DNA of 59,345 nucleotides, counting the filler, from Chloroflexota bacterium (GTDB lineage: Bacteria > Chloroflexota > Chloroflexia > QHBQ01): assembly GCA_043754535.1 (NCBI GenBank). It is 5 parts of 5 records of this genome, joined end to end, with 100 filler letters (N's around TTAATTAATTAA, not from the genome) between each part and the next. Parts side by side here need not be neighbours in the genome. Positions count along the whole stretch, not along the records: positions 14,154 to 45,653 come from JAYUUN010000088.1; 4 more parts are not named here. One strand, given 5' to 3'. The notes beneath the pieces were generated by a model that ran no database searches, was not told where the DNA came from, and saw only the letters and a program-made list of their open reading frames with translations. Made by a program: the position numbers and the translations under genes. Numbering within the stretch: the stretch's first letter is position 1; each line of letters starts with the position of its first letter. Shown one piece after another: positions 18,324 through 28,287 of this stretch.

Positions 18324-19481
18324 GTGAACGAGCCAGTTAATGAACAGCACATTACTGCCGCCCTGGAGCGGGAGGCGACGGGTGCCGTGCCTGTGGTGCA
18401 ACTGTGGCCCGCCATTGAGCGCGAGATCACTGGTGCGCACCGCACAGCCACGCGGCGGCCCACCTTGCGGCTGGTGGCTGGGCTGGCAGTGGTTGCTGCG
18501 CTGCTGCTGCTGATCGCTACCTTGGCGGTCAGCTACCTGCCCGCTCGCCAACCCGACCCGCCAGCCAACCCGGTCGCGCTTGCGCCCACAACTGTCCGCC
18601 CACTAGCCACCGAAGCTGGTGCGCCAAAGGTGCTGGCTGCCCGTCTGGTGGTGGACGCGCAGGGTAACGTATCGGTGGCAGGCGAAGTGGGGCTGGTCAA
18701 TCGGGTGGGGCAGTATGCAGTTGGCAGCGACTACCCACTCACCCCCACCGCCGCTAGCCTGCTGGTAATAGTGCGCGACCGCAGCAAGGGTTCAGGTGGC
18801 ACCGACACCCTCTACCAGGTGCAAAGTGCGGCAGACGATCTCGCGGTGGTGCTGAACGGGCAGGCGACCTTGCGCTTCGCCAACCGCCAGGTGGTAGTAG
18901 ACATCACCGATAGCAGCACGCGGGTGATCAGCTTCCGGGTGCAGGACGGCTACCCCACCCCCAACCCCGCCGCGTTCACCCCCACCGCCCTGCCCGCTAG
19001 CAACCAACTGGTGGTGGGCAGCAGCGTGGTCGTCACTGCGGCGGGGCTGGCGATCCATGCAGGGCAGGGCAGCGACAGTAAGACGCTTGGCATGGTGCTA
19101 GGCGGCGAACGGCTGATCATCGTGGCTGGGCCGAGCGCGGTGGACGGCATCAACTGGTGGAAGGTAAGCGGCTGGGACGTGGCGGGCAATGTCGGCTGGT
19201 GCAACGGCGCGTTCCTCCAGCGGGTTGACCCGGCAGCCGAGGAAGCTGGCCGCCAGATCGTGGTCGGCTCCGAAGTCGAGGTGACGTTCGAGGCGTTGAA
19301 CATCCGCAAGGCGGCGGACGTAGACTCCGAGTCGCTAGCTACGGTAGAGCAAGGGCGGCGGCTAACCGTGCGCGGTGGGCCGATCAAGGTCGGGGGCCGC
19401 AACTGGTGGCAGGTGAGCGGCTGGGAGAACCTCGGTCTGACTGGCTGGTGCAGCGAACGCTTCCTGCGCCGGGTGAAGTAG
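18324..19481 (+). CDS. Putative anti-sigma factor with TM helix and two extracellular SH3b-like domains
   Basis: AAGGAG RBS + GTG directly after the sigma gene; LWPAIE motif, TM helix, two repeats VVGS.V.VT...L.I....GP....G.NWW.V.GW....GWC...FL.RV. Confidence 0.8.
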   Translation: MNEPVNEQHITAALEREATGAVPVVQLWPAIEREITGAHRTATRRPTLRLVAGLAVVAALLLLIATLAVSYLPARQPDPPANPVALAPTTVRPLATEAGAPKVLAARLVVDAQGNVSVAGEVGLVNRVGQYAVGSDYPLTPTAASLLVIVRDRSKGSGGTDTLYQVQSAADDLAVVLNGQATLRFANRQVVVDITDSSTRVISFRVQDGYPTPNPAAFTPTALPASNQLVVGSSVVVTAAGLAIHAGQGSDSKTLGMVLGGERLIIVAGPSAVDGINWWKVSGWDVAGNVGWCNGAFLQRVDPAAEEAGRQIVVGSEVEVTFEALNIRKAADVDSESLATVEQGRRLTVRGGPIKVGGRNWWQVSGWENLGLTGWCSERFLRRVK

Positions 19482-19536
19482 GCTAGTAGGGCACAGGTTG
19501 TGCTATAATCTTGGCACAACCTGTGGAGGCCCAACC

Positions 19537-21024
19537 TTGACCAACCCAACCCCGGCTGAAGCCCCTCTGGTGCTGGCGATTGACATCGGCACCTCCTCCC
19601 TGCGTGCCGCCCTCTACGACAGGGCCGCCCGGCTCGTCCCTGGTTCGCGGGTACAACTGGCGAACCTGGTGCAGACTACGCCCGACGGTGGGGTGGAGCT
19701 AGACCCCCTCCTGCTGCTGCGTAATGTAGAGCAGACGGTTGACCAGGTGTTGGCGCGGGCGGGGGCGCAGGTGAGCGAGATCGTCGCGGTTGGCTTCGAC
19801 ACCTTCTGGCACAGCCTGCTAGGGGTGGATGCCAACGGCAACCCGCTTACCCCCCTCTACACCTGGGCTGACACCCGCGCGAAGGGCATGGCGGCAGAGC
19901 TACGCCGCGAACTGGACGAGGATGCGGTGCTGCAACGCACTGGCTGTATGCTGCACCCCAGCTACTTCCCCGCCAAACTACGCTGGCTAGCAACCACCGA
20001 GCCAGACTACGCCCGCGTCACTCGTTGGGTCAGTTTTGGTGAGTTCTTCTATCTGCAACTGTTTGGCGCAGCAACGGTCTCCTACTCGACAGCCAGCGGC
20101 ACCGGGCTGCTCGACCGCGCCAGCTTGCAGTGGGATGCAGAGATGTTGCGCGCCAGTGGGATCGCCGCCTCGCAGCTTTCGCCCCTCAGCGACCTGACCC
20201 CGGCTAGTGGCCTGCGCCCACACTACGCCCGCCGCTGGCCGGGGCTAGCGGCCCTGCCCTGGCTCCCGGCGGTGGGTGATGGGGCAGCCAACAACCTGGG
20301 CATTGGCGCAACCAGCCCCGACGAGATGGCCCTGATGATCGGTACCAGCGGTGCCATGCGCGTCGTCTGCCAGCCGCAGCGGGTGCCATTGCCCCATGGC
20401 CTCTGGAATTACTACCTGGATGGCAAGCGCACCATCTACGGCGGCGCACTCAGCGAGGGGGGGGGGGTGGTAGCCTGGCTGTGGAACAACCTGAAGCTCA
20501 GTCAGATGAACCTGGCCGAGAGCGAGGCGGCAGTGGCAACCATGCAGCCCGACGCGCACGGCCTGACCATCCTGCCCTTCTTTGCGGGCGAACGCAGCCC
20601 CGGATATGCAGGTGAGGCGCGGGCCAGCATCATCGGCCTCAGCCTGAACAGCAGCAGCCTCGACTTGCTGCGCGCCACGTTGGAGGCGATAGCCTACCGC
20701 TTCGCTAGCGTCCACGCCTTGCTTGCTGGGATCGTGCCAGCCGCAGGGAAGATCATCGCTAGCGGTGGGGCTTTGCGCCAATCGCCAGTCTGGGCGCAGA
20801 TCATTGCCGACGTAATTGGCAGCCCCCTGCAACTCTCTGCCATAGATGAGGGCAGCGAGCGTGGGGCGGCGATCCTGGCCCTGGAAGCAGTCGGCGCACT
20901 GCAAGTTGGGGTCACCGAGGGCGAGACGACGGTCAGCTATCAGCCGAACGCCAACAACTACGCCGCTTACCATGCAGCGATGGCCCGCCAACAAGACTTG
21001 TACGCGAAGCTAGTGAAAGAGTGA
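19537..21024 (+). CDS. gntK: Gluconokinase, FGGY carbohydrate kinase family
   Basis: LAIDIGTSS, WHSLLGVD, TWADTR, RTGC..HP.Y, GDGA..N.G.G, IGTSGAMR, LPFFAGERSPG; TGcTATAAT at 19501. Confidence 0.85.
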   Translation: MTNPTPAEAPLVLAIDIGTSSLRAALYDRAARLVPGSRVQLANLVQTTPDGGVELDPLLLLRNVEQTVDQVLARAGAQVSEIVAVGFDTFWHSLLGVDANGNPLTPLYTWADTRAKGMAAELRRELDEDAVLQRTGCMLHPSYFPAKLRWLATTEPDYARVTRWVSFGEFFYLQLFGAATVSYSTASGTGLLDRASLQWDAEMLRASGIAASQLSPLSDLTPASGLRPHYARRWPGLAALPWLPAVGDGAANNLGIGATSPDEMALMIGTSGAMRVVCQPQRVPLPHGLWNYYLDGKRTIYGGALSEGGGVVAWLWNNLKLSQMNLAESEAAVATMQPDAHGLTILPFFAGERSPGYAGEARASIIGLSLNSSSLDLLRATLEAIAYRFASVHALLAGIVPAAGKIIASGGALRQSPVWAQIIADVIGSPLQLSAIDEGSERGAAILALEAVGALQVGVTEGETTVSYQPNANNYAAYHAAMARQQDLYAKLVKE

Positions 21025-21220
21025 ACGAGACCCGACCATACAGCGCGCGACCACTGCTATGCGGCTGACTATCTCCTTCAACAACCCCGCCGCGGCACGT
21101 ACTATCTACGGCCTCCTGCAAGGATAACTGGCCGCTGCCTTCAACATACGGTTAGACGTAGCTTCGTAGGGTATGGTATAATCTGGCGGCACCATGATTA
21201 TAGCTAGCGAAGGATTTTTG

Positions 21221-22063
21221 ATGAGCGAACAGCAGAACCCCCGCCCGCAAGTCAGCCCCGTGTGGCAAGAGCGTGGCGCGGAGATGATCGCGCAAGCCCA
21301 ACCCACCCTACGCCTACCCAGCCTCAGCGTCTTCTTCCCCGACTACAACGACGGCGGCACCATCGCCAGCATGGTGATCAGCGCGATCAAGGTCTGTGAG
21401 CGCGTCACCGATGACTACGAAGTGTTGGTGGTCAACGATGCTAGCAGCGACTACAGCCGCGAGGTGCTGGACGACCTGGAAGCCCGCTACCCCCGTTTTC
21501 GGGCGATCCACCACGAGACGAACCGGGGTTATGGCGGGGCTTTGCGTACTGGCTTCCGCGAGGCGAGCAAGGAGTGGGTCTTCTACACCGACGGCGACGC
21601 GCAGTATGACCCCCACGAACTGGTGCGCCTGATCCCCGGTGCGAGACCGAACATCGGCATGGTCAATGGCTACAAGATTGGCCGTAGCGACCCCATCATC
21701 CGCCTGATCATCGGCAAGATCTACCACTGGGGGGTCAAGTTTGCCTTCGGTTTGCGCCTGCGCGACACTGACTGCGACTTCCGCCTGATCCGCAAGTCGG
21801 CCCTGGATGCTATCGAGCTAACCGCCGACACTGGCACGATCACCGTTGAGTTGCAGAAGAAGCTACAGGATGCTGGCTACAAGTTTGCCGAAGTCCCTGT
21901 TCACCACTACCACCGTGCCTACGGCCAGTCGCAGTTCTTCAACTTCAAACGTATCCGCGCCACCCTGCTCAACCTTGCTACGCTCTGGTGGAAGCTACGA
22001 GTGCGGGGTGGCAGTCGCAAAGCACAGCGGGCAGCAAAGACCCGCCAGCAGGAGACGCGATGA
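21221..22063 (+). CDS. GT2 glycosyltransferase (DPM1/ArnC-like)
   Basis: SVFFP.YN, VVNDASSD, N.GYGGAL..G, YTDGDAQYDP, D.DC.FRL. Confidence 0.9.
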   Translation: MSEQQNPRPQVSPVWQERGAEMIAQAQPTLRLPSLSVFFPDYNDGGTIASMVISAIKVCERVTDDYEVLVVNDASSDYSREVLDDLEARYPRFRAIHHETNRGYGGALRTGFREASKEWVFYTDGDAQYDPHELVRLIPGARPNIGMVNGYKIGRSDPIIRLIIGKIYHWGVKFAFGLRLRDTDCDFRLIRKSALDAIELTADTGTITVELQKKLQDAGYKFAEVPVHHYHRAYGQSQFFNFKRIRATLLNLATLWWKLRVRGGSRKAQRAAKTRQQETR

Positions 22064-23160
22064 ACGACTACCCCCTGATCCCCGCTGCGAGTGAGCAAGA
22101 TGCGCTCAGTTATCCACTACCAGACTCCTCTCTTGCTGCGGATGAGCCGGAGCCGAACCGATTGGGGCGGCCCTTCTACCAGCATCACTATGGGGGGCAG
22201 CGGGTGCTGATCACCGGCGGCCTCGGCTTCATCGGCAGCAATCTAGCGCGGCGACTGGTCGAACTGGGGGCAGAGGTGCTGCTGGTGGACTCGCTGATCC
22301 CACAGTATGGCGGCAACCTGCACAATATCGCTGACATCCGCGACCAGGTGCGGGTCAATATTGCTGACATCCGCGACGCGAACGGCATGGACTATTTGGT
22401 GCGCGGTCATGACTACATCTTCAACCTGGCTGGGCAGGTCAGCCATATGGACAGCATGAGTGACCCCTTCACCGACCTGGACATCAACTGTCGTAGCCAG
22501 CTAACCCTGCTGGAAGCCTGCCGCAAGCGCAACCCCACCGCGAAGATCATCTACGCCAGCACCCGCCAGATATACGGCAAGCCCGACTACCTGCCAGTAG
22601 ATGAGCAACACTTGCTCCACCCCACCGACGTGAACGGGATCAACAAAATGGCGGGCGAGTGGTACCATATCGTCTACAACAACGTCTACGGCCTAAAAGC
22701 CTGCTCTCTGCGCCTGACCAACGTCTACGGCCCCCGCCAGTACCTCAAGGATGCACGGCAGGGCTTCATCGCCTGGTTCGTGCGCCTGGCAGTGAAGGGC
22801 GAGCCGCTCAAGATTTTCGGCGACGGCCAGCAAATCCGCGACCTCACCTACGTAGATGATGTGGTGGACGCTTTCTTGCGGGCGGCGGCTAGTGACGCAG
22901 CGAACGGCGAAGTCTTCAACCTTGGTGCCGAACCCGTCACTTTCATGGAGATCATCCGCATCTTGCAAGAGATCGTTCCAGACTTGAACTATGAACTGGT
23001 TCCCTTCCCCCCTGAGCGTAAGGTGATAGACATTGGCGACTACTATGGCGACTACACCCGCATCCAGGAGTATCTTGGCTGGCAGCCACACACAAACTTG
23101 CGGGACGGCTTGCGGCGCATGATCGAGTGGTACCAGCAGCACGGCGAACACTATTTCTAG
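22060..23160 (+). CDS. NAD-dependent nucleotide-sugar epimerase/dehydratase
   Basis: LITGGLGFIGS, FNLAGQ, NGINK, LRLTNVYGP, GDG.Q.RD..YVDD; ATGA overlap with GT2. Confidence 0.92.
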   Translation: MNDYPLIPAASEQDALSYPLPDSSLAADEPEPNRLGRPFYQHHYGGQRVLITGGLGFIGSNLARRLVELGAEVLLVDSLIPQYGGNLHNIADIRDQVRVNIADIRDANGMDYLVRGHDYIFNLAGQVSHMDSMSDPFTDLDINCRSQLTLLEACRKRNPTAKIIYASTRQIYGKPDYLPVDEQHLLHPTDVNGINKMAGEWYHIVYNNVYGLKACSLRLTNVYGPRQYLKDARQGFIAWFVRLAVKGEPLKIFGDGQQIRDLTYVDDVVDAFLRAAASDAANGEVFNLGAEPVTFMEIIRILQEIVPDLNYELVPFPPERKVIDIGDYYGDYTRIQEYLGWQPHTNLRDGLRRMIEWYQQHGEHYF

Positions 23161-23243
23161 TATCACGCCATCTACGCCGGCCCAAGCCTAAGCTGAGCTT
23201 TGTTCAACAACTTGTGTTCGCCAGCAAAGAATAGAGGTGTCTC

Positions 23244-24164
23244 GTGCCTAATCAGAGTAGCGGCTACCAGCCGCAAGCCAGCGACAGCCCACCGCCACCA
23301 GCCTCCCCCTGGGCAGTATTGCGCGAGGCTGGCTTCTGGGTGGTGATCGTCCTCGGCCTGCTCATGTTCTTCGCCTTCTCCATACTCGGCTCCTCCTCCT
23401 ACGTTCTCGCTACCACTGGCGAGTACACCGACAGCTACCTGGATAACTGGAACCCAGTGCAGGGCAGTGATGGCTCGCGTTGGACACGGGAGGTCAGCAC
23501 AGTTAACTTCCGCAACTTTGGCTACCCGCTCGGCCAGGGTGGCTACCGCATCAGCGTGCAGCTAGACGATGGTAGACCGCTCTTTACCAGCCTGCGCGAG
23601 ACGTTTGCGGACTTTGAGAAGCGGATGGATCAGTCCCCTGGCCCGACTCTGTTCCCCTACACGATCACGGTCAGCACGGCAGGGCAGGTGGTGGGGGTGA
23701 TCAGCCAGACTAACAGGCTCGGCCTCAGCTTCTATGACTTCGAGGTGGCGGGTGAACTGGTGCAGCGGCAGGCTCCCGATGTGGTGGTCACACTGGCGAC
23801 CAGCGCAGTAACCAGCCCAGTTGGTAGCAACCTGAAGTTTGGCGCAAAGGTTAGTTCTATCTCCCTCAACCGCGGTTATCGCTCGGATACCCTGATCCTG
23901 CCTCCACCCCTAGCTATCTTCGGCGCACTGGTCGTGCCAGTGCTGGGCTACCTCGGTCTGCGCCGCAATCTGCCAAAGCGAGTAGTCTTCTGGATCATGC
24001 TGGGGACAGTCCTAAGTATGGGTGGGAGCTACACAGCCGCTCGCTCGCTGCTCTACATCTGGATGCCGCTGCTGATCCTGATCGCCGTCGCCATCTTCTA
24101 CTTCGCCTGGCGGCGCGAACTGGGGGCTGGCGGGCGTAGGCGTGGCAAGCAACAGGTAGGCTGA
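23244..24164 (+). CDS. Membrane protein with extracellular beta domain, paralogue of the N-terminus of 31294-33918
   Basis: LRE..W + TM, RWT, FRNFG, LPPP + 3 TM segments shared with 24217 and 31294. Confidence 0.75.
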   Translation: MPNQSSGYQPQASDSPPPPASPWAVLREAGFWVVIVLGLLMFFAFSILGSSSYVLATTGEYTDSYLDNWNPVQGSDGSRWTREVSTVNFRNFGYPLGQGGYRISVQLDDGRPLFTSLRETFADFEKRMDQSPGPTLFPYTITVSTAGQVVGVISQTNRLGLSFYDFEVAGELVQRQAPDVVVTLATSAVTSPVGSNLKFGAKVSSISLNRGYRSDTLILPPPLAIFGALVVPVLGYLGLRRNLPKRVVFWIMLGTVLSMGGSYTAARSLLYIWMPLLILIAVAIFYFAWRRELGAGGRRRGKQQVG

Positions 24165-24216
24165 AGGGGCTGGCCCAAATGCCCAACCGCCGCCTGTCAG
24201 ATTAAAAGGAGAGACC

Positions 24217-25077
24217 ATGATCTTCCGCCGTATGAGTGCAAAGGAGCAAGTGAAGCCGCAGGGCGTGCCGCCACAGGTTGCCTTGCGCGAGTGGCAGTTG
24301 TGGCTGCTGCTAGTCGTCAGCGTTGCGGCTATGACCCTCTCCTACCAGGGTTATAATGGTAGATACCTTTTCACTGGTGGCCCCACAAGTTTTGCCTACA
24401 TGGGCAGCGGCTGGTATGACCACAAGGATGCTGACGGTTATGGTCGCTGGACTGACGGTAAGGGTTTTATTACCTTCCGCAACTTTGGAGTGCCACTTGG
24501 CGACGCAGACTTCAACTTCAAGTTCGACGTATATGGCGACCGTAGCAATATGCAAGGTACATTGCCGCCACCTACCGTCACCATCCTGCTCGGTAGGCAA
24601 GTAGTAGGCACGATCAGCACAAAGTCGTCGACGCAGGGGTACGGTGAGAATTACGAGCTGAGTGTACCAGCTTCCCTTCTGCGGGCCAACGCACCTGACC
24701 CGGAGTTCACTCTGCTCTCCACTACCTTTACGCCGCCAAGCGATACGCGCAAGCTGGGCATCAGAGTGTGGACGGCAGGACTCCATCCAACATCCGGCTT
24801 CATTTTGCCACCCCCCTGGCTGCTGCTCCTGCTAGTGCTTTACGGCCCGGCGGACTACGCCCTCCAGCGACGAATTGTCAGCCGCAACCTGGCCCTGTTC
24901 GGCGCGAGCATGAGATTGTTTCTACTTGTCACACTCAGTTCGAGCAGCCGTGAGGTTATACATCTTTATTTCATTTTCTTTATAGTAATTACCCTATTGA
25001 CATTGTCTGTATTTTGGTGGCGTAAGCAGCGCAAGCAGCGCGACACCTTTACCGAGCTTGTGAAAGGAAATACCTAA
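24217..25077 (+). CDS. Membrane protein, second paralogue of the N-terminus of 31294-33918
   Basis: LREW.LW, RWT, FRNFG, LPPPTVT, PDP.FTL..TF.PP.D.R.LG..V; AAAGGAG RBS; visibly AT-richer. Confidence 0.78.
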   Translation: MIFRRMSAKEQVKPQGVPPQVALREWQLWLLLVVSVAAMTLSYQGYNGRYLFTGGPTSFAYMGSGWYDHKDADGYGRWTDGKGFITFRNFGVPLGDADFNFKFDVYGDRSNMQGTLPPPTVTILLGRQVVGTISTKSSTQGYGENYELSVPASLLRANAPDPEFTLLSTTFTPPSDTRKLGIRVWTAGLHPTSGFILPPPWLLLLLVLYGPADYALQRRIVSRNLALFGASMRLFLLVTLSSSSREVIHLYFIFFIVITLLTLSVFWWRKQRKQRDTFTELVKGNT

Positions 25078-26183
25078 TGATCCTCGTCAGCGACTCGAAG
25101 GCCCAGTATGAGGCAATCAAGCCAGAGATCGACGCGGCGATCCAGCGCGTGCTGGATAGCGGCTGGTTCGTCCTCGGCAAGGAGGTAGTGGCCTTTGAGG
25201 CCGAGTTCGCCGCCTGGAATGACAACAAGTATGCCGTCGGGGTGGGCAACGGCACCGACGCTATCGCCCTGGCCCTACGCGCCGTCGGGATTGGCCCTGG
25301 TGACGAGGTGATCACTACCACCCACACCGCCACCTTCGGCGTGCTGGGTATCAGCATGGCGGGCGCAACCCCAGTGCTGTGCGACATCAACCCTGCCACT
25401 GGCAATATTGATCCCAGCCAGATCGTCGCCCGCATTACCTCGCGCACAAAGGCGATCATGCCCGTCCACCTCTACGGTGCGCCCGCCGAGATGGAACCGA
25501 TCCTCGCCATCGCCGATCAGCATGGGCTGGTCGTGGTGGAGGACTGCGCGCAGGCCCACGGCGCAGAGTACAAGGGGCGCAAAGTCGGTACCCTGGGCCG
25601 CATCGCCGCCTTCAGCTTCTACCCATCCAAGAACCTTGGTGCCTTCGGCGACGGTGGTCTGGTGGCAACCGACGAACGCGCGCTAGCCGACATGGTGACC
25701 GCTCTCCGCAATGGAGGGCAGGAGGGCCGCTACAACCACGTCTACAAGGGGGTGAACAGCCGCCTGGACGAATTGCACGCCGCTATGCTGCGGGTCAAGC
25801 TGGCCCACCTGGACGAGTGGAACCGACGGCGCGGCGAACTGGCCTGTTACTACCACGGTAAGCTGGAGGGTATCCCTGGCCTTACCTTGCTACCTGGGCC
25901 GCTGGGTGGCAAATCTGTCTACCACCTCTACGTGGTCAAGGTGGAGGAAGGCAGGCGGGCTGCCCTGCAAGAGCATCTGACCAAGCGTGGCGTAGCAACT
26001 ACGATCCACTACCCCACGCCTGTCCACCTGCAACCAGCCTACCGCGACCTCGAACAAGGGGTGGGCAGCTTCCCGCACGCCGAAGCCTTCGCCCAGGCTT
26101 GCCTCTCCCTCCCCCTCTACCCAGAGATGACCCAGGCTCAGCAGGACACAGTGGTGGCGGCGGTGCGCGAGTTCTTCAGCTAA
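25077..26183 (+). CDS. DegT/DnrJ/EryC1/StrS PLP-dependent sugar aminotransferase
   Basis: FE.EFA, NGTDAI..AL, PVHLYG, EDCAQAHGA, FSFYPSKNLGA.GDGG, NSRLDE. Confidence 0.95.
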   Translation: MILVSDSKAQYEAIKPEIDAAIQRVLDSGWFVLGKEVVAFEAEFAAWNDNKYAVGVGNGTDAIALALRAVGIGPGDEVITTTHTATFGVLGISMAGATPVLCDINPATGNIDPSQIVARITSRTKAIMPVHLYGAPAEMEPILAIADQHGLVVVEDCAQAHGAEYKGRKVGTLGRIAAFSFYPSKNLGAFGDGGLVATDERALADMVTALRNGGQEGRYNHVYKGVNSRLDELHAAMLRVKLAHLDEWNRRRGELACYYHGKLEGIPGLTLLPGPLGGKSVYHLYVVKVEEGRRAALQEHLTKRGVATTIHYPTPVHLQPAYRDLEQGVGSFPHAEAFAQACLSLPLYPEMTQAQQDTVVAAVREFFS

Positions 26184-26220
26184 CCACTATGGCTCCCCAG
26201 CAGGTTGTGGGCTGGCAAAC

Positions 26221-26248
26221 AGGGCGGGTGGCAACCCGCTCCTTTTTG
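26221..26248 (+). terminator. Intrinsic terminator
   Basis: GGGCGGGT-ggca-ACCCGCTCC followed by TTTTT. Confidence 0.6.
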
Positions 26249-26307
26249 TTGTAAACTTAGCTGGCAACCAGCAACGACTTCAACCGTTACACAAAGCGAG
26301 AGAGAGT

Positions 26308-26946
26308 TTGCAGATACCAGAGTTCGTCCATGCGCTGGTGCGCCGCACCGCTGCCAACCCTGAGATGTGGAACATCTTCCGCCGCCTGTTGGAGGACAAC
26401 TTTCGTGGCGAGAAGGCGGTGATCCGCCGCGAGTTGTTCCGCCAGCGGCCACAAGTGCGCCCGCGCATCTTGGACCTCGGCTGCGGCACTGGCGAGTTGA
26501 CCGCCTTGTTCGTCAACGCGGGATTTGAGTACATTGGTGTAGACATCCTGCCCAGCTTCGTGGCCTATGCGGGGCAGCGACACGCCCAGACTGCTGCCCG
26601 CTTCGCCGTAATGGACGCAACGCAAATGAGCTTTGAGGATGCAGAGTTCGACTTCGTGCTGATTACCGGGGTCGTCCACCACATGAGTGACGCGGTGGCG
26701 CGGGCTAGCCTGGCCGAGATGCAGCGCGTGTTGCGGCCCCACGGTCGCGTGCTGATCATGGAAGATACCGCAGTCGGCTTCAAGCTCAACCTGCTTGGCG
26801 GCCTCGTTCACCTGCTCGACCAGGGCGCGAACATCCGCACCACCGAGCAGTACCGCGCCTTGTTCGACGGCTACTTCAGCGTCTGCAAGGAGTATCGGAT
26901 CATCAGTGGCGTAATGGACTATCAAGTTTTCGTGTTGGAGAAGTGA
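26308..26946 (+). CDS. Class I SAM-dependent methyltransferase
   Basis: ILDLGCGTG, GVD, MDAT, FD.V....V.HH, E..RVLRP.G. Confidence 0.9.
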   Translation: MQIPEFVHALVRRTAANPEMWNIFRRLLEDNFRGEKAVIRRELFRQRPQVRPRILDLGCGTGELTALFVNAGFEYIGVDILPSFVAYAGQRHAQTAARFAVMDATQMSFEDAEFDFVLITGVVHHMSDAVARASLAEMQRVLRPHGRVLIMEDTAVGFKLNLLGGLVHLLDQGANIRTTEQYRALFDGYFSVCKEYRIISGVMDYQVFVLEK

Positions 26947-26956
26947 GGAGTTAGCG

Positions 26957-27364
26957 TTGCCATCTTTTGTGCTTCTATTGATTGCTATCGGTTTGACTTT
27001 CGTCGGCGAATTGTTGCTCAAGCATGGCATGAACGCCCTGCAAGCCAGCGGTGCGCTCGACCGCTTTTCGCTCAGTTTTGGGCCGCTGGTGCAGACGGGC
27101 TGGACAGTCTTTAGCAATCCCTCTGTGTTCTTCGGCTTCGTCTTCATCTTTGGCGGCTCGCTGTTCTGGCTGGCGGTGATATCCAAGCTACAACTCAGCT
27201 ACGCCTACCCGCTGCTCAGCATGAACTATATCCTGGTGGTTGCCGCCTCCTACTTCCTCTTTCACGAGCAGGTTAGCTGGCTCAAGGTGGCGGGTGTGCT
27301 GGTGATTGTTGCTGGAGTGGTGCTGGTTACGCTGGGCGAGGGGAACGTGAGCAGCAACCCATGA
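26957..27364 (+). CDS. EamA/SMR-like small transporter (ArnE/ArnF-like flippase)
   Basis: 4 TM segments; GELLLK.G, W..VIS...LSYAYP.LS..YI, F.E.VS..K..G...I..GV. Confidence 0.8.
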   Translation: MPSFVLLLIAIGLTFVGELLLKHGMNALQASGALDRFSLSFGPLVQTGWTVFSNPSVFFGFVFIFGGSLFWLAVISKLQLSYAYPLLSMNYILVVAASYFLFHEQVSWLKVAGVLVIVAGVVLVTLGEGNVSSNP

Positions 27365-28287
27365 CCAACCCCCAGCCGCCGTCAGCCGACTCCAGGGGCG
27401 AGGAGGTGCTACTCGACCGCCTACCAACTGACTACCGACTGTCGGTGGTGATCCCCGCGCACAACGAGGAGGGCAGCGTCGGCGAGGTGGTCGCCCGCCT
27501 ACGCCAACTGAAGCCCGCCGCCGAGATCATCGTGGTGGACGACGGCAGCACGGACGCGACGGCAGAGCAGGCTTTGGCAGCGGGGGCGAAAGTGCTGCGC
27601 CAGCCCTACAACAAGGGTAACGGTGCGGCGGTCAAGGCAGGCATCCGCGCTGCAACCGGTGAGGTGATCCTGATCATTGATGCAGACGGCCAGCATAGCC
27701 CCGACGACATCAACAAGTTGCTAGACCTGATCACCAGCTACGACCTGGTAGTGGGCGCACGCACTCGGGCCAGTGAGACGCGCCTGATCCGCGACCTCGG
27801 CAATGGCATCTTCAACCGTTTCGCCAGCTACATGGTGGATCGCCCGGTGCCAGACCTGACCAGCGGCTTCCGTGCTATGCGCCGCGACAAGATTATGGAC
27901 TTCATCCACCTGCTGCCCAACGGTTACTCGCACACCAGCACCAGCACCATCGCCTTCATCAAGGCAGGCTACAATGTCACCTTCGTCCCCTTCGTTTCGC
28001 GCAAAGACAAGGGCAAGAGCGGTATTAGCTGGTTCCGCGATGGTTGGCGGTTCATGCTGATCATCACCCGCCTGACCATGCTATTTACGCCAATGAAGGT
28101 CTTCCTGCCGATCAGCCTGCTCTTTTTCCTGGTCGGCCTCGTCTATGCCGTCGCCAACATCATCTTCGACCGACTACGTATCCCCAACGGGGCAGTGCTG
28201 CTGATCAGTGTGGCGGTGATCGTCTTCCTGATTGGTCTGGTCAGCGAACAGATCGCTGCCCTGCGACTGGAACGGAGGGCTAACTAG
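27361..28287 (+). CDS. GT2 polyprenol-phosphate glycosyltransferase with C-terminal TMs
   Basis: SVVIPAHNEE, VVDDGSTD, N.G.G.A.K.G, DADGQH, D.TSGFRA; two C-terminal TMs. Confidence 0.92.
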   Translation: MTNPQPPSADSRGEEVLLDRLPTDYRLSVVIPAHNEEGSVGEVVARLRQLKPAAEIIVVDDGSTDATAEQALAAGAKVLRQPYNKGNGAAVKAGIRAATGEVILIIDADGQHSPDDINKLLDLITSYDLVVGARTRASETRLIRDLGNGIFNRFASYMVDRPVPDLTSGFRAMRRDKIMDFIHLLPNGYSHTSTSTIAFIKAGYNVTFVPFVSRKDKGKSGISWFRDGWRFMLIITRLTMLFTPMKVFLPISLLFFLVGLVYAVANIIFDRLRIPNGAVLLISVAVIVFLIGLVSEQIAALRLERRAN

